DNA from: Alphaproteobacteria bacterium
Lineage (GTDB): Bacteria; Pseudomonadota; Alphaproteobacteria; GCA-2731375
Direction of reading: 5' to 3'
Assembly (NCBI GenBank): GCA_965225945.1
Contig: CBDDBZ010000035.1
Location: forward strand, 160,001-224,000
Length of the DNA stretch: 64,000 nt
Both the position numbers and the translations under genes were made by a program. This document shows positions 60,164-64,000 of the stretch, piece by piece (the stretch's first letter is position 1; each line of letters starts with the position of its first letter). The notes under the pieces were generated by a model, which was not told the DNA's origin, did no database searches, and saw nothing but the letters and a program-made list of their open reading frames with translations.

Positions 60164-61105
60164 CTATTTCAACTCGACCGCATAATTTTCGATCGGGGGC
60201 GTAGTGTCGACGAGGCCCTTTGCCTTGAGGAAGGCGGCAAAGACTTTGTAGCGGCGACGGTCCAGCGCGCCCGGCCGGAGCGCGAAGCGCGGTAGGGTGT
60301 CCCGCCAGGCGCGCCGGTTCAGATCGTCGTCAAGCTGCTTGCGCCCTTTGATGAAGAGCTTCCACGACTCTTCCGGATGGTTGACGAGATACTGCACCCC
60401 CTTCTCCAGGGCCGCGACGAAGGCGGCGATCCGCGACGCCGCGACATCCTTTCGGTTGGCGACGACGATCAACTCGTCGTAGGCGGGCACGCCCTCCTCC
60501 TCGACGTAGAAGGCCCGGCCGGGGTGACCCAGGATGTCGAGCTGGTTGAGTTCGAAGTTTCGGTAGGCGCCGATCACCGCATCGACATTGCCCGAGACCA
60601 GGGCGGGCGAGAGGGAGAAGTTGACGTTAACCAGCTTCACGTCGTCGAGCCCGAGGCCGTGCTTCTCCAACATTGTACCGAGCAGAGCGTCCTCGAAGCC
60701 GCCGATAGAGTAGCCGACCGTGCGTCCCTTGAGGTCCGCGATCGACTTGATCGGGCCCTCGCGCAACACGACCAGGGAGTTGAGCGGCGTCGCAATCAGT
60801 GTCGCGACGCGGACGAGCGGCAGGCCGCGATCGACCTGCATGTGGAGCTGCGGCTGGTAGGTAATGGCGAGGTCCGCCTTGCCGGCGGCGACGAGCTTCG
60901 GCGGATTGTTCGGGTCTGCCGGCGCCTTGAAATCGACCTCCAGACCGGCGGCCTTGAAATATCCCCGCTCAAGCGCGACATAGAGCGGCCCGTGGTCCGG
61001 GTTGATGAACCAGTCGAGCAGGACGATAAGTTTTTCCGCCGCGGCCGCCGGCGTCGTGGCGGCGAGGGACAGAGCGGCGAGCGCCGCGAACAGGGATTTC
61101 CTCAT
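60164..61105 (-). CDS. thiY: NMT1/THI5-like ABC substrate-binding protein (thiamine precursor)
   Basis: LLDWFINPDH, ITYQPQL and GAYRNFE motifs; downstream of a TPP riboswitch. Confidence 0.82.
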   Translation of the reverse strand: MRKSLFAALAALSLAATTPAAAAEKLIVLLDWFINPDHGPLYVALERGYFKAAGLEVDFKAPADPNNPPKLVAAGKADLAITYQPQLHMQVDRGLPLVRVATLIATPLNSLVVLREGPIKSIADLKGRTVGYSIGGFEDALLGTMLEKHGLGLDDVKLVNVNFSLSPALVSGNVDAVIGAYRNFELNQLDILGHPGRAFYVEEEGVPAYDELIVVANRKDVAASRIAAFVAALEKGVQYLVNHPEESWKLFIKGRKQLDDDLNRRAWRDTLPRFALRPGALDRRRYKVFAAFLKAKGLVDTTPPIENYAVELK

Positions 61106-61884
61106 CTCGTATCCTCCTCGGCAAGGGTTTCCGGCTGCCACGGCACCATCCACCGGACGGCCGCATCGACGGCGAAGTAGAAAGCGCAGGCGAAGATCGC
61201 GAGCACGAAGAGCGCCGCGAACATCAGGTCGGTTTGCACGCGGGCGTTTGCGTGCAGCATCAGGTAGCCGAGTCCGGCGCTGGAGCCGACCCACTCGCCG
61301 ACCACGGCGCCGATCGGCGCAACGACGGCGGCGACACGGAGGCCGGAGCCGAGCGCCGGCAGGGCGGCGGGCCCCCGGATGCGACGGAGTTCGGCCCAAG
61401 GCGAGGCGTTCATCACGCGGGCGAGGTCGATCCAGCCGGGCTGGGTGCGGCGCAGCCCGTCGTGGAAGGCGGAGGTGACCGGGAAATAGATGATCAGGAC
61501 GGCCATGGCGATCTTCGATTCCATGCCGTAGCCGAGCCAAAGCGTCAGCACCGGCGCTAGCGCGAAGACGGGCACGGCTTGGCTCACCACCAGTACCGGG
61601 AGCAGCCAGCGCCGGGCCGGGCGGAAATAGCTCATGGAGAGCGCGCTCACCACCCCGACGAGAGCACCGATGGCGAATCCGGCGAGGATCTCGATCACCG
61701 TGGTCGCCGTGTTCTCCAGGATCAGGGCGAAACTCGACAGCAGCGCCGCCAGCACCGCCATCGGGCCCGGCAGGATATAGAAAGGGACCCCGGTTGCTAG
61801 GACCAGGGCCTGCCAGAGGCCGAGTAGGCCGGCGAGGACGATGAGGGGCCGGGCGAGGCGGGCAAGGTGCGGGTGGTCGGTCAC
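61102..61884 (-). CDS. ABC permease (ThiX-like)
   Basis: SQAVPVFALAP and GAVVGEWVGSSAGLG motifs. Confidence 0.85.
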   Translation of the reverse strand: MTDHPHLARLARPLIVLAGLLGLWQALVLATGVPFYILPGPMAVLAALLSSFALILENTATTVIEILAGFAIGALVGVVSALSMSYFRPARRWLLPVLVVSQAVPVFALAPVLTLWLGYGMESKIAMAVLIIYFPVTSAFHDGLRRTQPGWIDLARVMNASPWAELRRIRGPAALPALGSGLRVAAVVAPIGAVVGEWVGSSAGLGYLMLHANARVQTDLMFAALFVLAIFACAFYFAVDAAVRWMVPWQPETLAEEDTR

Positions 61885-62657
61885 GTGGCGCCCTCCGCCG
61901 CCGCCGCGCTCAGTTGGCCGAACAGCCGCGCTTGCTCCTCGATCACCGCCGCGTCGTCGGCTGGCCGGGGCGCCGGCCCGGCGGGGCGGAGCGGCGGGCC
62001 GAGCCGCGCCGGCAGACCCGTCATCACATGGACAGCGTGGCCGAGTCGGAGCGCCTCCATTGGATCGTGGGTGACCAGCAAAACGGTGCGGCCGGCGAGC
62101 AGCCGGGCGGCGAGATCCTGCAGCAGCAACCGGGTGATGGCGTCGAGAGCGGAGAAGGGCTCGTCCATCAGCACGATCGGGCGGTCTTCGATCAGGGTGC
62201 GGGCGAGCGCCGCGCGCTGACGCATGCCGCCCGAGCATGCAGCGGGCAACAGATCCCGGGCCTCGGCAAGTCCGGCCTCGGCCAAGAGGGCGTCGGCCCG
62301 AGCCCGGCTGGGCCCGTCGAGGGTCCCCCGCAACCGCGCGCCGAGCAGCACGTTCTCGTGGAGCGACAGCCAGGGCAGCAGCAGGTCTTGCTGTGCCATG
62401 TAGGCGATTCGCCCGGCGGCCGGCGCGCCGTCGTCGCAGGCGACGGCCCCCTCAGCCCGATCCTCGAGCCCGGCGACGAGGCGCAGCAGCATCGTCTTGC
62501 CGACCCCGCTCGGCCCGAGCAGACATGTCCATTGACCCGCTTCCAACCTAAGGTCGAGGCCGTCGAAGAGCACCCGGTCGCCATGGGTAAGCCGGGCACC
62601 GCGCACAGCGATGCCGGGGGGCGATAGGACTTCGGCGGAGACGGAAATGGCGGACAT
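61881..62657 (-). CDS. ABC ATPase (ThiZ-like)
   Basis: GPSGVGKT, SGGMRQR and LMDEPFSALD motifs. Confidence 0.9.
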   Translation of the reverse strand: MSAISVSAEVLSPPGIAVRGARLTHGDRVLFDGLDLRLEAGQWTCLLGPSGVGKTMLLRLVAGLEDRAEGAVACDDGAPAAGRIAYMAQQDLLLPWLSLHENVLLGARLRGTLDGPSRARADALLAEAGLAEARDLLPAACSGGMRQRAALARTLIEDRPIVLMDEPFSALDAITRLLLQDLAARLLAGRTVLLVTHDPMEALRLGHAVHVMTGLPARLGPPLRPAGPAPRPADDAAVIEEQARLFGQLSAAAAEGAT

Positions 62658-62663
62658 CGGGCT

Positions 62664-62754
62664 CACTGATCCCTTCGCCGGCATAACCCGGATCAGGTTC
62701 CAGGGGTCGTCCGTAACGGGACCTCTCAGCCGGCCGATCCGGCTCCCCCCAGTG
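62664..62754 (-). ncRNA. TPP riboswitch (THI element)
   Basis: GCTGAGAG...GACCC-CTGGAACCTGATCCGGGTTATGCCGGCGAAGGGA closed by CACTG/CAGTG just upstream of the ATPase start. Confidence 0.93.
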
Positions 62755-63301
62755 GTTCTCGTCGTAATATGCTCGGGCGGGTCGATGATGGCAAGGTCGG
62801 AGGGATACGGTGCGAAGCCGGATAAGTTCTGGGGCTATATGCCGCGCAGCCTACGTCTGGCGGACTGCACCGAGACGCGGAGGTCGGCCGCGACATGGTT
62901 CACAGCCGATCCAACCATTGCCGTCGGCTTCGCAATTCCGCACGGGCGGACAAGCGACGTAGCAGGTAGACGAAGCGCCAACCGTCTCCTTTGATGCCAA
63001 CTCCGCATCAAACCAAGTCATGGCGATGCACACGACGTATCATCCATAGGGCACCATCAGGTCCCCGTGTCCGGCAACAACAAGGACGACAAACAAAAGA
63101 TCGATGAGGCTTGGAAGTTTACAACGGGGAGCGAAAGTCGGCATTTCGCCAGCTTGACTTCCGTTTGTGGCTAGCACCGGGCGTGACCGGCACCTCGGCC
63201 CGACGGGGGGGCTACCCCCGAAAGCCGACGTTTGAGCCACGATGGCGTCGTTCGGGCCAGAAACATACGTTTCACCAGCCGTGCGGTGGCTGGAGAGTCA
63301 T

Positions 63302-63562
63302 TTACTCGACCTTGACGCCGAGCCGCGCGAGCATCTGCTTGGCGCCATCCAGGGTCTTCACTGAATCGGCATGCTTGCCGGAATTGTGCAGGCGCTGGCC
63401 TGTGTCCCTCAGTGTCTTGATCGCATTTCGGATGCTCGGATCCAGCCCTGGGTTGGCGGCCAGGGCAGCATCGATCTTCGCGATATCGGTGGGGCATTGG
63501 GACGCCATTGCTGGAGTCGAAAGCGCCAATGCAAGGATGGCAGCGGATAGGTAACGGATCAT
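63302..63562 (-). CDS. Small secreted hypothetical protein
   Basis: GGAGG SD, signal peptide, CPTDIAKIDAAL helical bundle. Confidence 0.7.
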   Translation of the reverse strand: MIRYLSAAILALALSTPAMASQCPTDIAKIDAALAANPGLDPSIRNAIKTLRDTGQRLHNSGKHADSVKTLDGAKQMLARLGVKVE

Positions 63563-63675
63563 GATCGCCTCCCTGGATGTCTATCGAGAAACTTACTCCC
63601 CATCCGCAACCGGACCAAACGTCGCGAATGGAAACGCGGTGTCCACAGCCCCCGCCAGCGGCACGGACCGGCAGC

Positions 63676-63758
63676 TCACCCAACCGCCCCACGCCCGCCC
63701 GGCAGATGCCTGTAGAGCGTCGAGGGCGACACCTTCAACCGCTCCGCCACCTCAACCA
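63676..63758 (-). pseudogene. C-terminal HTH remnant of a serine resolvase/invertase
   Basis: VEVAERLKVSPSTLYRHLPGGRGAVG*. Confidence 0.55.
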
Positions 63759-63838
63759 GCTGAAGTACGAGGGCCGGACACGAGCGGCATCGCACGCACG
63801 GCACGATCGATTGGTGCGCGCCATGTATGCCCGCCCGG

Positions 63839-64000
63839 TCAAGCGCGCGCGAGTTCTCGAATCGCGGCGATAAATCGATCGATCTCGGCCTCGCTGTTGT
63901 AATAATGGACGCCCAGTCGGTTGATCAGCTCCAGGCCGCGCCGTTCCATGTCGATCCGGGTGCTGGCGCGGCCCGAGGTCGAGATGTTGATGCCGTCACG
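63839..64000 (-). CDS. 3' end of a class V PLP aminotransferase (cysteine desulfurase-like)
   Basis: GINIST...RLGVHYYNSEAEIDRF motif; start lies beyond the window. Confidence 0.8.
   Translation of the reverse strand, partial: RDGINISTSGRASTRIDMERRGLELINRLGVHYYNSEAEIDRFIAAIRELARA

Noticed and set aside
1-64000. tRNA, rRNA or prophage structural genes
   Set aside because: None recognised by eye; tRNAscan and cmscan would be needed to exclude them formally

Overview
High-GC alphaproteobacterial chromosomal window (Rhodospirillales-like by inference from class I lysS, coaBC-dut-moeB, pyrD and a TPP riboswitch). About 1-29 kb and 38-49 kb hold housekeeping and catabolic genes. Many of them are decaying, with nonsense codons, 1-bp frameshifts, short tandem duplications and stubs, and several palindromic repeat families are scattered among them. 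29.5-38.2 kb has toxin-antitoxin genes and a PspA/YjfI-type locus (lipoprotein, DUF350, membrane spermidine synthase, RHH-YjfI, PspA, DUF2491-like, K+ channel) with an internal promoter and a double operator. About 50-63.8 kb looks like a decayed ~14-kb island bounded by a duplicated 3' end of a class V aminotransferase, with integrase and resolvase remnants at its ends. The island carries an intact IS66-family element encoding a small translationally coupled Dam-like N6-adenine methyltransferase (top candidate for a novel system). It also has two more IS66 copies, each hit by an IS1595-type element (one is a transposase-less cassette with 43-bp TIRs and a passenger gene), a shattered adenylate cyclase-TolB-TPR gene and a thiamine-precursor ABC transporter. 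Two tandem anti-SD-loop hairpin sRNA candidates lie at 44.4-45.0 kb. All calls come from reading motifs by eye; no searches were run.
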